A DNA stretch of 62,297 nt, filler included, from 6 parts of 6 records of this genome joined end to end with filler, not necessarily neighbours in it, one strand, 5' to 3'. Counted from the first letter of the whole stretch, positions 17,869-28,978 are shown. Program-made: numbers and translations. The notes: generated by a model not told the origin, from the letters alone.

Positions 17869-19773
17869 ATGACTGATAATTCAAAAGGTGTTAATCAAAG
17901 AAATATTTACATCTCAAATATAGCAATAGATGAAGCGAAAGAGAAGTATTATGAGAAGTTATCATTACAATATGCAACAGAAATGATCCCCGTAAGAGAA
18001 GCGATATTTAGAACAACAGTGAAACCTATATTTGCGAATATCTCTTCACCACACTATCCATGCTCAGCAATGGATGGTATAGCGGTTGTTGCTTCTGATA
18101 CATATGGAGCATCAGAGATAAAACCAAAATTATTAGAAGAAAATATTAGTTTTGAATATATTAATACAGGTCAGCCACTTCCAAAAGATAAAGATTCGGT
18201 TATTATGATAGAGGATGTAGATGAGAGAGAGTGTGGAAAGTTACAGATAATCAAATCAGCTTATCCATGGCAACACGTTAGAGCTGTTGGAGAAGATATT
18301 GTACAGGGTGAAATGATACTTAGCTCGAATCACTATATTAGAGCACTTGATATGGGTGCACTTATTAGTGCAGGTATTAAGGACTTAGAGGTTTATATTA
18401 AACCTAAAGTTGGTATTCTTCCAACGGGAAATGAGATTGTTAGAGATTTTGATGATTTGGAATATGGTAAAATCCTTGATTCCAATTCAGGAGTTTTTGA
18501 CGGCTTGATACAAGAGTTAGGAGGGACTCCTAATCTATATAAACCAGTTAAAGATATAAGAGAATCCCTAAAAGAGGCAATCAAAAATGCAGTAGCTGAA
18601 AATGATATATTGATAATCAATGCAGGCTCATCTGCAGGTTCAAAAGATTATACAGCTGATATTATCAGAGAACTAGGTGAAGTGGTAATCCACGGTGTGG
18701 CACTTAAGCCAGGTAAACCAACGATACTTGGAATAATTGAAGGTAAACCAGTGATAGGAGTACCAGGTTATCCAGTATCAGCATACTTTTCATTTGAAGT
18801 ATTTGTTAAACCTCTAATAGAGTCTTATGTTCATAATAAAAAGAGATCAAATATTATTAAAGCTAAGCTATCGCAAAGAGTAGTTTCTTCATTTAAACAT
18901 GAAGAGTTAGTCAGAGTTACTATTGGAGAAGTTAACGGTAAGAAGATAGCGACACCTTTAAATAGAGGAGCAGGAACTACCATGAGTTTAGTAAAAGCTG
19001 ATGGAGTTCTTACAATACCTAGAATGCTAGAGGGAGTTGAGTCTGGTGAAGAGGTTGATTTAAGACTTGTAAAATCTATTGATGATATTTTTAATAGATT
19101 GGTATTTATAGGCAGTCATGATCTGATTATTGATATTATTGCTGATGAACTTCCTATTAGTTCAGGACATGTTGGAAGTATGGGCGGAATTATGTCCATG
19201 CGAAGAGAAGAGGCACATATTTCACCAATTCATCTATTAGATGAAAAAACAGGTGAATACAATATGCCAATTGCCAAAAAATACTTTGCTGGAAAAGATA
19301 TGGCGATAATAAAAGGTGTAAGAAGATTGCAGGGAATTATCGTTCAAAACGATAACCCTAAAAATATACAGAGTATATCTGATTTAACAAATGAAAGCAT
19401 AGTTTATGTTAATAGACAAAGAGGAGCGGGAACGCGACAACTGTTTGATTATGAGTTAAAGAGACTAAATATTATAAATAAAAATATTATAGGGTATGAA
19501 CGAGAGATGACTACACATACATCAGTTGCAGTAACTGTTAAATCTGGTGCTGCTGATGCAGGACTGGGGATATACTCAGCTGCTAAAGCTATGGATTTGG
19601 ATTTTGTAGCAATAGGATATGAAGAGTATGATTTTCTGATTTCAGCTAACTTATTAGAAGATGAGAGAGTTCAAAACTTCATAAAGATACTGAAATCTGA
19701 GGAGTTTAAAGAGAAACTAGAAGAGATAGGTGGATATGTGTTTAAAAATCCTGGTGAGATATTGAAAGTTTAA
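17869..19773 (+). CDS. moeA: MoeA fused to a C-terminal PBP (LysR-substrate-binding-like) domain
   Basis: SAMDGIA, KPGKP and PGYP motifs followed by IGSHD...VNRQRGAGTR. Confidence 0.92.
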   Translation: MTDNSKGVNQRNIYISNIAIDEAKEKYYEKLSLQYATEMIPVREAIFRTTVKPIFANISSPHYPCSAMDGIAVVASDTYGASEIKPKLLEENISFEYINTGQPLPKDKDSVIMIEDVDERECGKLQIIKSAYPWQHVRAVGEDIVQGEMILSSNHYIRALDMGALISAGIKDLEVYIKPKVGILPTGNEIVRDFDDLEYGKILDSNSGVFDGLIQELGGTPNLYKPVKDIRESLKEAIKNAVAENDILIINAGSSAGSKDYTADIIRELGEVVIHGVALKPGKPTILGIIEGKPVIGVPGYPVSAYFSFEVFVKPLIESYVHNKKRSNIIKAKLSQRVVSSFKHEELVRVTIGEVNGKKIATPLNRGAGTTMSLVKADGVLTIPRMLEGVESGEEVDLRLVKSIDDIFNRLVFIGSHDLIIDIIADELPISSGHVGSMGGIMSMRREEAHISPIHLLDEKTGEYNMPIAKKYFAGKDMAIIKGVRRLQGIIVQNDNPKNIQSISDLTNESIVYVNRQRGAGTRQLFDYELKRLNIINKNIIGYEREMTTHTSVAVTVKSGAADAGLGIYSAAKAMDLDFVAIGYEEYDFLISANLLEDERVQNFIKILKSEEFKEKLEEIGGYVFKNPGEILKV

Positions 19774-19824
19774 TTAAAATTAATTTATAATGATGTGCAT
19801 AAATTTTGGGAAAATATTAACCTT

Positions 19825-19850
19825 GTAGGGGTAAATTCCATATTTACCCG
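19825..19850 (+). repeat. GTAG-type REP-like palindrome
   Basis: GTAG followed by gggtaaat-tccat-atttaccc hairpin in an intergenic region. Confidence 0.5.
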
Positions 19851-19946
19851 AGCAGAAATAGAGTACTTTATATATTTTAGTACAAGTTGATAATAGGCTA
19901 TTATTTTTGCAGTTCATCATAATTATAGAAAGAAAAGGTGGTCTTA

Positions 19947-20939
19947 GTGGAGAAACAAAAGAGTTTTGCAAACAGAAATAAACTTAAAGATTCTTTTGGT
20001 AGAGAGATAAACTACTTAAGACTTTCTGTAACTGATCTGTGCAATTTGAGATGTCAATACTGCATGCCAGAAGATGGTATCAAAAAAATCCCACATAAAG
20101 ATATGCTTACATTTGAAGAGGTAGATACTATAATTGCAAATCTAGTTGAGTTAGGTATTAAGAAAATAAGAATCACAGGAGGAGAACCTTTAGTTAAAAA
20201 AGGTATTGTTTCATTAATAGAAAAAATTAGTTCACATAAAGAGATAGAGGACTTAACACTTACAACAAATGGATTATTACTCGGAGAAAAAGCGGAGCAG
20301 TTAAAAAAGGCTGGACTGAATAGAGTCAATATAAGTATAGATTCCTTAAAAAAAGATAATTATTTTAAAATCACCAGAGGTGGAAATGTAGAAGATGTTA
20401 TGAAGGGATTAGAAGCAGCAAAGAGAAATGGGCTGACTCCAATTAAACTGAATGTTGTACTTATGAAAGGCTATAATGATGATGAAATTGAGGATTTTAT
20501 TGAATTAACAAAAGAGAACGAAATAGATGTTAGATTTATTGAATTAATGCCAATTGGTGAACTATCAAAATCTTCACATGATAGATATCTACCAAATGAT
20601 TATGTGCTGGAGAAAGTACCAGAATTAGAAAAAGTAAAAACTAGTGATTCTAGTTCACCAGCAGTGTATTACAAACTACCGAATGCAAAAGGAAAAGTAG
20701 GATTAATAAGTCCTATATCATGTAACTTCTGCGCTGACTGTAATAGAATAAGAGTTACTGCTGATGGAGTACTGAAATACTGCCTCCATTCAGATGAGGA
20801 GTTTGATTTAAAAAGAGTTGTACGTGAGGGAGAAGATTTAAAACAATATATTATTAAATCCATAGAGGAGAAACCCGAAAAACATAAGTTAGATAGTGGT
20901 GAACATATATCACGAGGGATGTCTCAAGTTGGAGGTTAG
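19947..20939 (+). CDS. moaA: GTP 3',8-cyclase (radical SAM)
   Basis: [14 protein letters not shown]-terminal CxxC...C cluster and terminal GG; GTG start chosen after an aaggtgg RBS. Confidence 0.95.
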   Translation: MEKQKSFANRNKLKDSFGREINYLRLSVTDLCNLRCQYCMPEDGIKKIPHKDMLTFEEVDTIIANLVELGIKKIRITGGEPLVKKGIVSLIEKISSHKEIEDLTLTTNGLLLGEKAEQLKKAGLNRVNISIDSLKKDNYFKITRGGNVEDVMKGLEAAKRNGLTPIKLNVVLMKGYNDDEIEDFIELTKENEIDVRFIELMPIGELSKSSHDRYLPNDYVLEKVPELEKVKTSDSSSPAVYYKLPNAKGKVGLISPISCNFCADCNRIRVTADGVLKYCLHSDEEFDLKRVVREGEDLKQYIIKSIEEKPEKHKLDSGEHISRGMSQVGG

Positions 20940-20952
20940 GGAGGAAGCTATT

Positions 20953-21882
20953 ATGTCTTTTACACATTTTAATGCTGATGGTAGAGCTCATATGGTTGAA
21001 GTTTCGGAAAAGCAAAATACAGTTAGAGTTGCTATAGCTAGAGGAAATATCCATATGAAACAGGAAACAATAGAGGCGATAAAGGAGCAAAGAATCTCTA
21101 AAGGAGATGTACTTGCTGTAGCCCAAATCGCTGGAGTAATGGGTGCGAAAAGAACAAGTGATTTGATACCAATGTGCCATCAACTTATGTTAACTGGAGT
21201 AAACCTAAGCTTTTCTATTGATAAAAATAAAATAGATATAGAAGCAGAGGTTAAAACTGTAGGAAAAACCGGAGTAGAGATGGAAGCATTAACTGCTGTA
21301 AATGTAGCTGCTCTAACAATATATGATATGTGTAAAGCTATTGATAAAGATATGCTTATTGATAATATAAGACTTGTAAAAAAAACAGGTGGGAAATCAG
21401 GAACATATACGAGGAGTAATGAGATGAATAAAATAGTTGGAACTGTAAAATCAATTAATATAAGTAAAGAAAAAGGTGTAATAAAGGAATCTATAGATGA
21501 AGGTTATTTTGAAGCTGATCATGGATTAGTTGGAGATGCTCATGCAGGAAAATGGCATAGACAAGTAAGTTTATTAGCGCAGGAAAGTATCAATAAAATG
21601 ACTGATATGGGTGTAGAGGGACTTTGTAGTGGTAAATTTGCAGAAAACCTTACAACTGAAGGTTTAGAACTTCATAAATTTGCAGTAGGAACAAAAGTTA
21701 AAATAGGTGAAACAATACAGGAGATATCTCAGATTGGTAAAGAGTGCCATACTGGATGCGCAATTAAGCAGCAAGTAGGGCAGTGTATAATGCCAAAAGA
21801 GGGTATATTTACGCAAGTTATAAAAAGTGGAACAATAAAAAAAGGTGATATTATTGAGATATTAGAACAAGAAGAGGCTTAA
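20953..21882 (+). CDS. moaC: MoaC fused in frame to a MOSC domain
   Basis: [14 protein letters not shown] and YDMCKA motifs, then GDAHAG...RQVSLL...GKECH...CIMPKEGIF. Confidence 0.9.
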   Translation: MSFTHFNADGRAHMVEVSEKQNTVRVAIARGNIHMKQETIEAIKEQRISKGDVLAVAQIAGVMGAKRTSDLIPMCHQLMLTGVNLSFSIDKNKIDIEAEVKTVGKTGVEMEALTAVNVAALTIYDMCKAIDKDMLIDNIRLVKKTGGKSGTYTRSNEMNKIVGTVKSINISKEKGVIKESIDEGYFEADHGLVGDAHAGKWHRQVSLLAQESINKMTDMGVEGLCSGKFAENLTTEGLELHKFAVGTKVKIGETIQEISQIGKECHTGCAIKQQVGQCIMPKEGIFTQVIKSGTIKKGDIIEILEQEEA

Positions 21883-21904
21883 AATTTAAAATTCATAAGT
21901 TTGT

Positions 21905-21974
21905 TTATCTTATCCGAGTTAATTAGTCTAAAGCTATAAGCCAAGAATAATTAACCAATGGGTAGCTCAGGAAA
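21905..21974 (+). promoter_or_regulatory. Moco/tungsten-cofactor RNA motif (riboswitch candidate), 3' truncated
   Basis: tccgag, stem gttaatta (21918-25) / taattaac (21948-55) enclosing ctaa, then gggtagctca-ggaaa; lies directly after the moa genes. Confidence 0.65.
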
Positions 21975-22074
21975 NNNNNNNNNNNNNNNNNNNNNNNNNN
22001 NNNNNNNNNNNNNNNNNNTTAATTAATTAANNNNNNNNNNNNNNNNNNNNNNNNNNNNNNNNNNNNNNNNNNNN
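21975..22074. other. Artificial contig linker
   Basis: N-run with TTAATTAATTAA. Confidence 0.99.
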
Positions 22075-22390
22075 CTTTTGCTCTTTCCCAAGGTAAACCT
22101 TTTTTCTTTAGTTTTGATTGTACTTCTCTTAGAGTTAAATCAAGTCCAAAACCAACTGCAGTAATCTTGTTTTCTTCCATAATAAATGAAATTTCTGCTT
22201 CATAATGGCAACTGTCATGTCCTTTAGGAAAAACTAATTGAGTTGAAACAGAAGAATTAGGTTTTATGAAAAAAACCATCTCATCAGGAGTTTCATTATT
22301 TAGTTCTTTGATATGTTCTGCATAATTTCTTCCTATGCAAACTACTTTTGACGGATAGATTAAATTATTGTCTAAAACTATGTTATTCAT
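22075..22390 (-). CDS. Fumarylacetoacetate hydrolase family protein (3' truncated)
   Basis: KVVCIGRNYAEH, HYEAE and DLTLRE...PWERAK. Confidence 0.9.
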
Positions 22391-22458
22391 TTCTAACCTT
22401 TTTATTTTTTTATAATATAATAACCATAAATTATTATATCTAACTAAAGGTTTTATTT

Positions 22459-22800
22459 ATGAAAGACAAATTACTAATTGTTTGGTCAAATGGTGACAAA
22501 GAGGTTGCAAATAAATTTCCATTACTTTATTCATCTGTAGTTTTAGAAAGAGAATATTGGAAGAAATGTCATCTTATGCTTTGGGGACCAGCAATACTAT
22601 TAGCGAAGAAAAATAAAAAAATCCAAAAAAAATTAAAAGAGATTCAAGCAACGGGTGTGAAAATGAGTGCTTGTATTGTTTGTGTAGAAGAGTACAATGC
22701 TATAAAAGAACTTGAAGCATTAAATATAAAAATAACACATACAGGAGAACTTTTAACAAAAGCCTTAAAAAAAGACTCTTGGGCTATAATGACTATTTAA
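22459..22800 (+). CDS. DsrE family protein
   Basis: LMLWGP and SACIVC motifs; 113 aa. Confidence 0.7.
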   Translation: MKDKLLIVWSNGDKEVANKFPLLYSSVVLEREYWKKCHLMLWGPAILLAKKNKKIQKKLKEIQATGVKMSACIVCVEEYNAIKELEALNIKITHTGELLTKALKKDSWAIMTI

Positions 22801-23449
22801 ATTTTTTTAATAATTCATTTATTATTACAGCTGTAAGTCCCCAGATTATTTCACCATGGTAGTTATATACCCAAACCTTGTGTCTTCTATGTCCCCAAGG
22901 TTTGTGGTAAGTTTTAGGAAGATTCAACTCTTCAACTGGAAAATGAATATCTCTTTTTCCATCTTCATTTATTGTAAAAGGATGAACTTCATATTTTAAA
23001 GTATACTCAACGGGTGGGTTGTCTTTAAAGAAATTTATAGGTATCAATAAAGTTCTTTCAACTTCATTTTCATCAATTACCATTTTATTTAAAGCTTTCT
23101 TTTTTACTCTCGCAACAAAAGGTTCAACAACAGCTCCAATTGGTGCAACATAAGTATCTAATTGTCCGAATATTTTTATATGTTTTTTCTTTATACCCAA
23201 CTCTTCAAAAGTTTCTCTTATGGCAGTATTTTCAAAAGTCTCATCTTCAACTTCATATCTACCACCAGGAAAACAAATATCTCCACCTTGTCTTATATGT
23301 TTTGCTCTTTTTTGAAAGAGTAAAAAATATTCATTTTTAATTTTTATGATTGGTATAAGAACTGCTGAGTTTAAGTATCTATCCCTTGCCATAACATTTG
23401 GATGAGTTGGAAGATTCTTTATTAAATTTTTAAATTCTTTCTTTTTCAT
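22793..23449 (-). CDS. Nudix hydrolase, CoA pyrophosphatase-like
   Basis: SAVLIP, CFPGG...AIRETFEELG and IWGLTA. Confidence 0.9.
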   Translation of the reverse strand: MKKKEFKNLIKNLPTHPNVMARDRYLNSAVLIPIIKIKNEYFLLFQKRAKHIRQGGDICFPGGRYEVEDETFENTAIRETFEELGIKKKHIKIFGQLDTYVAPIGAVVEPFVARVKKKALNKMVIDENEVERTLLIPINFFKDNPPVEYTLKYEVHPFTINEDGKRDIHFPVEELNLPKTYHKPWGHRRHKVWVYNYHGEIIWGLTAVIINELLKKFK

Positions 23450-23553
23450 TGCATATCTCTTTTTTAGTAAAAAAGAGTATATCTAAAATTCAATTACAAT
23501 AAATTTTTATTTTTTAACTATATTAGAGATTAAAGTAATAACAACTGTATAGA

Positions 23554-26145
23554 TTAACAATCAATAGTTATAGTAAAACAAGCACCTTTAAACTTTGTGT
23601 CATTGTGAATAACATCTACATTTTTAACTTCTAAAGTTCCATTCATATGTTTGTCCAAGATTTGTTTACACATATAAAGACCTACACCTGTCCCTTGATA
23701 TTGGTGTTTTGTAGTAAAATATGGCTCAAAGATTTTATCAATAATGTCTTCTTTAATTCCACCGGCGTTGTCTTTTATTTCAATTTCAATTTTATTATTT
23801 TTCACTTTTGAAGTTATGAAAATAAACATATTTTTTTCAAGATTTGAAACAAAAAAGGCATCTCTTGAATTATTTATAATATTTATTAAAATTTGAACAA
23901 ACTCACTTTGGAAGCTTTTAACTGAGATGTTTTCTATATCCTTTATAATCTCAATTTTTTTATCTCTTACAGTATAGTTAAAAATAGATAAGGTTTTATC
24001 TACGGCATCATTCAATTTAAATAGTCTTTTGTCTTTGTTTGGTTTAAAAAAGTACATAAAATCATCTATAGTATTAGAAAGATGATTTGTAGTATGTATT
24101 ATTTTTTCTAAGGTTTCATTAAATAGTTTATCGTCAACTTTACCTTTTATATCTTTTTCAAGTTTTAAACCACTAGCTCCTGTAGATATTATAGATAAAG
24201 GTTGTCTCCACTGATGCGCAATATTTTGTATCATCTCACCCATTGCAGCAAGTTTTGATTGTCTTGATAAAATGCTATCTTTTTTTAAGTTTTCAGAAAC
24301 CTCTTTTTTCACCCTATTTTCAAGTTCTTGGTTGATTTGTTGCAATTCTTTTGTTTTCTCATCAACTTTTTCTTTTAAAATTTTATTCATATCTTTTAAA
24401 AGTTTTTGTTTATAAAAAACGAATAAAAAAATCACAAGAAATACTGCAATAATTTTCCACATCAAATCATAATCAAACTCTTTTTTATACTCTACAGTAA
24501 GCCACTTTTGAAGAATGCTTGCATTTTCATCTTCTGAAATAGAGTTTGCTGCTTTATTTATTATGCTAAACAGTTCATCTTGATTTTTATTTACACCAAT
24601 TGATAAAGGTACTGTCATATTTAATTTTGCAGATATTTTTAATCTATTTACTTCATTTGACTGAATTTCATTCCAAGAAGTTAAAATTAATCCAATAACT
24701 CCGTAAAGCTCACCTTTTTTAACTAACTTGACACCATCATTCATATCATTTATATCAACAAAAGTATTATTTGGATATTTTTCTCTTAGCTCTTTATTAA
24801 AAGCTGAATTTTTATATATACCAATTCTTTTATCTTTTAATTGTTTAATATCATCAATAAAATTTTTATCATCTTTTGTAGTTAAAACCAAAGACACATC
24901 AATATAAGGTTTTGTAAACTTGGCATACTCTCTTCTATCTTCTAAATCTACAGCTGAAGCTATTATTTGGCATTTGTTATTTTTCAATGCGTTTAAAGAT
25001 TCTGTTAAGGACATTGTCTCATAAACTGTAAACTTAAGTTTTGTTCTATCTTCAATAAGCTTAATATAATCTGCGATATAACCATCAAATTTTCCAAAAT
25101 CCATAAAACTATATGGCTTTATATTTGGAATAATACACATATCAATAAGTTTATTTTCTTTTATAAATGTTTTTTCTTTTTCGCTTAAAAAAAGGTTGGA
25201 AAGATTTTCTTCATTGAAAACCAAATCATGTATATCTATTTTTTTTGAGATAAGACCCATGATATTATATAAGTCATGGATTCTTTGAATTTTTTCTAGT
25301 TTTATTTCACCTAAACTTGTACCGCTAGTATAAGCTAATTCTTTTAAAATTTGACCTTCAAATCTTATTGCATCTAGTGTTAATCTTTGAGAGTTATATT
25401 TATTAAAAATTAATTCTGAAGCCTCTTTTATATGAGAAAATGCATATTCCCAACCTTTTAGAGAAGCTGCCTTAAAAGCCCGTACAGTATTTAAATCATT
25501 TTTTAATAATTTTGAGCTTGTTATTAAAAAATCACTATACATATCAAAGCCATAATCTTTTGGAGCATAAGTATTAAATCCTATTCCCATTTTTTTCAAA
25601 TCAAAAGGAGTTTTTGAAAGATATGCTGAAATAACATCTGTATTACCATTTACTAAATCCATAATATTATGGGTATGTTTTATAAAATCTAACTTATTAA
25701 AATCAAGATTTCTTGATTGTAGCATTGCTTTTATAGATACTTCACTTGCATCATCAATAGTTGTCATAATTTTTTTATTTTGAAAATCTTCAACATTGTC
25801 TATTCCGACATTTTTTAAAGATAATAATACTAAAGGAGAATTTTGAAAAAGTGCATAAAGTGCTACAACATCTTTTCCTTCTACTTTATCTAAAATCAAA
25901 GTTTCTCTAGCAACAGCAAAGTCTGCTTTTTGGGAATCTACTTCATTTACAGCATTAACTCCAAAGTAAAATGGTCTAATATCTACATCTAAACCATATT
26001 CTTCGTAAAACCCTTTTTGTTTTGCTATGTAATAGCCAGCAAATTGAAACTGGTCAAACCAAGATAATTGAAGTGATACTTTTTTTAATTCTTTTGATAA
26101 TAAAGTTGTTGTAATCAATAAAAAAACAAAAAATAACCTGATCAA
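23554..26145 (-). CDS. Sensor histidine kinase with NMT1/THI5-like and PBPb extracytoplasmic domains
   Basis: W.DQFQFAGYY; IAHQWRQPL H-box; DNAGGI, FEPYFTTK and GTGVGL. Confidence 0.9.
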   Translation of the reverse strand: MIRLFFVFLLITTTLLSKELKKVSLQLSWFDQFQFAGYYIAKQKGFYEEYGLDVDIRPFYFGVNAVNEVDSQKADFAVARETLILDKVEGKDVVALYALFQNSPLVLLSLKNVGIDNVEDFQNKKIMTTIDDASEVSIKAMLQSRNLDFNKLDFIKHTHNIMDLVNGNTDVISAYLSKTPFDLKKMGIGFNTYAPKDYGFDMYSDFLITSSKLLKNDLNTVRAFKAASLKGWEYAFSHIKEASELIFNKYNSQRLTLDAIRFEGQILKELAYTSGTSLGEIKLEKIQRIHDLYNIMGLISKKIDIHDLVFNEENLSNLFLSEKEKTFIKENKLIDMCIIPNIKPYSFMDFGKFDGYIADYIKLIEDRTKLKFTVYETMSLTESLNALKNNKCQIIASAVDLEDRREYAKFTKPYIDVSLVLTTKDDKNFIDDIKQLKDKRIGIYKNSAFNKELREKYPNNTFVDINDMNDGVKLVKKGELYGVIGLILTSWNEIQSNEVNRLKISAKLNMTVPLSIGVNKNQDELFSIINKAANSISEDENASILQKWLTVEYKKEFDYDLMWKIIAVFLVIFLFVFYKQKLLKDMNKILKEKVDEKTKELQQINQELENRVKKEVSENLKKDSILSRQSKLAAMGEMIQNIAHQWRQPLSIISTGASGLKLEKDIKGKVDDKLFNETLEKIIHTTNHLSNTIDDFMYFFKPNKDKRLFKLNDAVDKTLSIFNYTVRDKKIEIIKDIENISVKSFQSEFVQILINIINNSRDAFFVSNLEKNMFIFITSKVKNNKIEIEIKDNAGGIKEDIIDKIFEPYFTTKHQYQGTGVGLYMCKQILDKHMNGTLEVKNVDVIHNDTKFKGACFTITIDC

Positions 26146-26292
26146 CTAATACTCCTAAAAATATTATTTTAACATAACTTAGTTACTTTTTGGTATTAAA
26201 TATGATAAAGAATATACTTTATATGAAATTAACATACAATTTTGTGATACAAGTCACTATTTATAAGATTTAGTAGAACCTATTTAAAGATT

Positions 26293-27558
26293 CTACTTTT
26301 CTAAAGAGCTAATAGCTTCAATCATAGTTTTTACTATTTTTCTCAATTCCTCTTCTGATATGATATACGAAACAATAGAATAAATAAGTTTTCCAAAAGG
26401 TCTTATCCAAACTCCATTTTTAACACAATAATCTTGAATTTGTTGAGCATAAGTGCTATGTGTTAATTCTATAACACCAATTACACCTATATTTCTAACA
26501 CTTTTTACCAGCTTTAATTCTTTTGCAAACTTCAACTCTTCTTCAAATATTTTTTCAATATTTGATACAGTTTCTTGCCAAGGTGTTTCATTTAAAATAT
26601 TTATACTCTCTACAGCCACACTACAAGCAAGGGGATTTCCCATAAAAGTTGGTCCATGCATCAATGCTCCAAGAGCAGAATTTGAGATTGTATCACTGAT
26701 ATCTTTTGTTGTAATCATTGCAGCCATTGTCATATAACCACCCGTCAAACCTTTTCCAACAGTCATAATATCAGGTTTAACTCCTGCCCATTCACATGCA
26801 AACATTTTACCAGTGTGTCCAAAGCCTGTTGCTATTTCATCTGCTATCATCAAAAGATTATATTCATCACATAACTCTCTTACTCTTTTTACATAAAGTG
26901 GGTTATAGATTCTCATACCTCCAGCACCTTGAACTATTGGTTCTATTATTATTCCTGCACACTCTTCATGGTTTTGTTTTACGCACTCTTCTAAAGCCTT
27001 AATAGATTGAGTACAATCTGCGTCAAAACCTAACTCAGGTGCTTGTGTGAAAATATGTTTAGGTAAATATGTTCCATAAATTGAGTGCATTGAATTTTGA
27101 GGGTCACATACACTCATTGCTGCTAAAGTATCTCCATGGTATGCATGTTCTAAAGCAATAAATTTATATCTTTTTTTCCCTTTTGCTTCTTGGTATTGAA
27201 TAGCTGTTTTTAAAGCTACCTCAACAGAAACAGAACCAGAATCACATAAAAATACACTATGTAGCCCAGTTAAAGTTGCTAACTGTTTTGATAATACTGC
27301 TGCTTTTTCATGACTTAAACCACCAAACATAATATGTGGCATTACCTCAACTTGCTCTTTAAGGGCTTTGTTTAATCTTTCATTATTGTATCCATGAATT
27401 GCACTCCACCAAGAACTCATACCATCTATTAATGCACTTCCATCATCTAAATATATTTTTGTTTTATTTGTTTTTACTACAGGTAAGATAGAAGTTTTTG
27501 AAGGTAAAGAGTTATATGGATGCCAAACATGTTCTTTGTCAATATCTTGCCAATTCAT
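26293..27558 (-). CDS. bioA: Adenosylmethionine-8-amino-7-oxononanoate aminotransferase
   Basis: WHPY, SSWWSAIHGY, DEIATGFG, GKGLTGG and HGPTFMGNP. Confidence 0.95.
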   Translation of the reverse strand: MNWQDIDKEHVWHPYNSLPSKTSILPVVKTNKTKIYLDDGSALIDGMSSWWSAIHGYNNERLNKALKEQVEVMPHIMFGGLSHEKAAVLSKQLATLTGLHSVFLCDSGSVSVEVALKTAIQYQEAKGKKRYKFIALEHAYHGDTLAAMSVCDPQNSMHSIYGTYLPKHIFTQAPELGFDADCTQSIKALEECVKQNHEECAGIIIEPIVQGAGGMRIYNPLYVKRVRELCDEYNLLMIADEIATGFGHTGKMFACEWAGVKPDIMTVGKGLTGGYMTMAAMITTKDISDTISNSALGALMHGPTFMGNPLACSVAVESINILNETPWQETVSNIEKIFEEELKFAKELKLVKSVRNIGVIGVIELTHSTYAQQIQDYCVKNGVWIRPFGKLIYSIVSYIISEEELRKIVKTMIEAISSLEK

Positions 27559-27606
27559 ATAAATCCTTATTGTTTAAAAAAGCTATTTTAACTAAAAAGA
27601 GATGTT

Positions 27607-28194
27607 TTACCACTTATGAAAGTTTTCGTATTCCTCTTCTTTTACAACCTCTTTTATAACCCTTGCTGGGTTTCCAGCAATAACAACATTGTCTGGAAAA
27701 CTTTTAGTTACAACTGAACCTGAAGCTACAGTTACATTATTTCCAAGTTTAACTCCTGGGTTAATAGTTGAGTTTCCACCAATAAAACAGTTGTCTCCTA
27801 TCGTAATAGATTCTGCAAACTCATACCCATATTTTCTATCTACTGTATCAAGAGGATAACTTGAAGTATATATTCCAACCTGTGGTCCAATAAAACAATT
27901 TTTTCCAATATGCACTTCTGCTGAGTCCAAAATCACACAATTGAAATTTGCTCTAAAATTTTCACCCACATGGATATTTTTTCCATAATTACAATTAAAT
28001 GTTGATTCTACATGAATATTTTTTCCAATAGAACCAAATAAAGTTTTCAAGATAAAATCTCTTTCCTCTTTTCTTGTGATACTTGTTTGGTTTAGTTTTT
28101 CAGTTTTTAATTTTGCATCTATTCTTAATGTTTTTAATTCTTCATCATTTGGGTTATAGTTAAACCCAGCAATCATTTTTTCTCTTTCAGTCAT
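27607..28194 (-). CDS. maa: Maltose/galactoside O-acetyltransferase family
   Basis: MTEREKM, NYGKNIHVG, hexapeptide repeats and AGNPARVI. Confidence 0.85.
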   Translation of the reverse strand: MTEREKMIAGFNYNPNDEELKTLRIDAKLKTEKLNQTSITRKEERDFILKTLFGSIGKNIHVESTFNCNYGKNIHVGENFRANFNCVILDSAEVHIGKNCFIGPQVGIYTSSYPLDTVDRKYGYEFAESITIGDNCFIGGNSTINPGVKLGNNVTVASGSVVTKSFPDNVVIAGNPARVIKEVVKEEEYENFHKW

Positions 28195-28231
28195 TAATAT
28201 TCCAGTTATAAATTATTTGATTTTTTACAAA

Positions 28232-28714
28232 CTATTTGTTTGTATTTATGATTTTTAAAAAGTTAAATTTTAAATGGTGCATAAACTCTCTTAAGATAAG
28301 CAGTTTTGCATAAAATAAAGATGATAAGTCAGTTTGAAAAGAAAATGGTGCTCTTCCTTGTGATACTTCTGAATAAAGTCCAAAAAGATACTCCATCTTG
28401 TCTCTTGATAAAACCATATTCTCTTGTAGTTTTTCATCACTTAATAAAGCAATCTCATAAACAAAACTATCAGATGAAACTAAAGTAAAATTAGCAGGCA
28501 ATAGTTTCACTGCTTTTTCTATCTCATCTTCTATATAGTTTATTGCATATTCTATTTCATCTGGTCTAGGTGGAGTATTTATAAAGAATTTTTCACTTAA
28601 CAAATCATAACCTACAGGTACTTCTACAATCTTGTCTTCATAAGAGAATATACTTTTTGAAGAATCGATTTTCATAACTATAGTTTGATTATTTGAATTT
28701 TCTATATCCAACAC
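28232..28714 (-). CDS. Hypothetical protein, weak resemblance to the Ppx/GppA second subdomain
   Basis: ORF with genome-like composition; PPRPDEIEYAINYIEDEI; start uncertain. Confidence 0.5.
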   Translation of the reverse strand: MLDIENSNNQTIVMKIDSSKSIFSYEDKIVEVPVGYDLLSEKFFINTPPRPDEIEYAINYIEDEIEKAVKLLPANFTLVSSDSFVYEIALLSDEKLQENMVLSRDKMEYLFGLYSEVSQGRAPFSFQTDLSSLFYAKLLILREFMHHLKFNFLKIINTNK

Positions 28715-28878
28715 TATTACCTTCTGTATTTTTTAAAAGGTTGAAATATTATCGAAAAAGAGTTTTCATAAACTTGAAACTATAACAAGTTGTTAAAGAA
28801 TTGGTTACAATTTGGAGACATCAAAATCAATATTTATTAAGATAATTCTTGTCATTATTCCATAAATTTTTATTTTGG

Positions 28879-28978
28879 NNNNNNNNNNNNNNNNNNNNNN
28901 NNNNNNNNNNNNNNNNNNNNNNTTAATTAATTAANNNNNNNNNNNNNNNNNNNNNNNNNNNNNNNNNNNNNNNNNNNN
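28879..28978. other. Artificial contig linker
   Basis: N-run with TTAATTAATTAA. Confidence 0.99.
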
